Origin: a virus
Lineage: Duplodnaviria; Caudoviricetes
DNA length: 48,532 bases
Reading direction: 5' to 3' (one strand)
IMG/VR virus record: IMGVR_UViG_3300020045_008535
Coordinates: 1 to 48,532 of that record
The notes under the pieces were generated by a model. The model was not told the DNA's origin. It did no database searches and was given only the letters and a program-made list of their open reading frames with translations. Both the position numbers and the translations under genes were made by a program. Shown piece after piece: positions 47,465-48,532 of the stretch; the stretch's first letter is position 1; the number at the start of each line of letters is the position of its first letter.

Positions 47465-47507
47465 CCGCCGCAGCGCCTCCGCTTTTAAGGTTACGTCCAA
47501 AAAATTT

Positions 47508-47543
47508 AAACCCTCGCATTAAATTGCTGAGGGTTTTTTGTTT
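47508..47543 (+). terminator. intrinsic terminator
   Basis: AAACCCTCGCA-TTAAAT-TGCTGAGGGTTT followed by a T tract. Confidence 0.75.
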
Positions 47544-47605
47544 GTATTTACTACATTTCCGCCATGCTTTGCGGTATTATGTGGCATTTTATTTCTACCG
47601 TTTAC

Positions 47606-47878
47606 ATTGATTTTAGTGGCTTGTAACCACATTTTAAAAAATGTTCTCGATAGAATATTTCTAGTGTGAACGCACTGTCATTGGCTTGTAACCACATTTA
47701 TACTAGAATATTGTTTTCTAAGACTTATATATATATAAATATAATTATATAATTATTACTTATAAATATGCAAATAATAAGAAAGTTAAATAATAATTAC
47801 ACTTTATTTTATTCTTAATAATATCTATCAAAAACGATATTCTAGTGTGAATGTGGTTACAAGCCACTGAAATTAATA
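47606..47878. repeat. direct and inverted repeats flanking an AT-rich core; putative replication origin
   Basis: TGGCTTGTAACCACATT at 47618 and 47682, inverted at 47850-47866; 36-bp IR 47682-47717 / 47831-47866. Confidence 0.75.
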
Positions 47879-48051
47879 CCAAAAAATGTTTACACTACGA
47901 GCATAAAAATTAAGCGGTAAAAAAAAACCTCATATTATTTATAAATACACCAAATAAATAGTTTTATAAGTAATAAATTAACATTATTCGAATTACTTAT
48001 AAATCTACTATTTAATTAAATTTATAAGTAATAATTTACTAATTTTGTAAA

Positions 48052-48384
48052 ATGGATAGTTTATTAGAAAAAAAATTAAAAGACATTACACTCGATGAGT
48101 TAATGCAATTTATTAAATTACTGAGCGGCCAAAAGCCAAAAAAATTAAACGCCGATCTTGAGAGTTATATAAATGAGTTATATGAACACGGTGGTTTTTA
48201 TTTCCATTATATAAAGTTCTCGGACATATACCAAACAATGTGCGATAAATTTGGCAATGGTGTATCCAAAAAGCAACTTTCAAACACACTAACACGGTTA
48301 GGCTATAAAAGTAAGGTAAAAGCCATTAAGGGAGGCAGTACAGCACGTTTCTATTACATTAAGGTAAAAGATACGGTTAAATGA
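48052..48384 (+). CDS. winged-helix-like DNA-binding protein
   Basis: FSDIYQ...VSKKQLSNTLTRLGY...ARFY; TAATTTTG just upstream. Confidence 0.6.
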   Translation: MDSLLEKKLKDITLDELMQFIKLLSGQKPKKLNADLESYINELYEHGGFYFHYIKFSDIYQTMCDKFGNGVSKKQLSNTLTRLGYKSKVKAIKGGSTARFYYIKVKDTVK

Positions 48385-48532
48385 GTATAGACCCAACAGA
48401 GGCACGCATACAACAGGAAATGTATGTATGGTACAATAACGCCTATTGCCTACCACACCACAACCCACGCTGTATTATATGGCATACACCCAACGAGGGA
48501 CAACAACCCCTTATAAGCATCGGGCTCCTGCC
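48381..48532 (+). CDS. VRR-NUC-like nuclease, truncated at the window end
   Basis: MSIDPTEARIQQEMYVWYNN...IIWHTPNEG. Confidence 0.65.
   Translation, partial: MSIDPTEARIQQEMYVWYNNAYCLPHHNPRCIIWHTPNEGQQPLISIGLL

Larger units (their letters stand above)
1..48532 (+). mobile_element. Bacteroidota myovirus-type phage genome (lambda-like head, Mu-like contractile tail), near complete
   Basis: Packaging, head, tail, lysis and replication modules are all present; no host housekeeping genes; last ORF is truncated at the right edge. Confidence 0.95.

Noticed and set aside
47606-47720. Mini CRISPR array (repeats 64 bp apart)
   Set aside because: Only two 17-bp direct copies plus an inverted copy; no cas genes; fits protein-binding repeats better
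1-48532. tRNA genes or stop-codon recoding
   Set aside because: No cloverleaf seen in intergenic gaps; genes are intact and densely packed under the standard code

Overview
This window is a near-complete dsDNA tailed phage genome with a contractile tail, almost all on the + strand. The host is probably a Bacteroidota member: -7 promoters of the TAnnTTTG type, A-rich start regions without Shine-Dalgarno sites, a DUF3127-type SSB and a BT4734/VirE-type primase. It combines a lambda-like head and packaging set (Nu1-like TerS, GpA TerL, gpW, portal, ClpP-like protease with nested scaffold, gpD, gpE) with a Mu-like tail and baseplate, in a strongly permuted order. A lysis cassette, recombination and replication genes, two DNA MTase-fold genes and many small early genes follow. 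I saw no integrase, CI-type repressor, tRNA or CRISPR array. The best candidate for an undescribed system is a coupled operon of tandem-HTH protein, atypical CPPY amino-MTase-fold enzyme and fold-type-II PLP enzyme (35425-37539), which may hypermodify DNA. Other notable items: 10-bp-phased TTGYGG boxes at early promoters, a repeated TTTGAGCCCAAA element at divergent junctions, an attenuator-like primase leader, an inverted-repeat origin candidate, and a chaperone frameshift extension containing a terminator. All family calls come from motif recognition by eye; no database searches were run.
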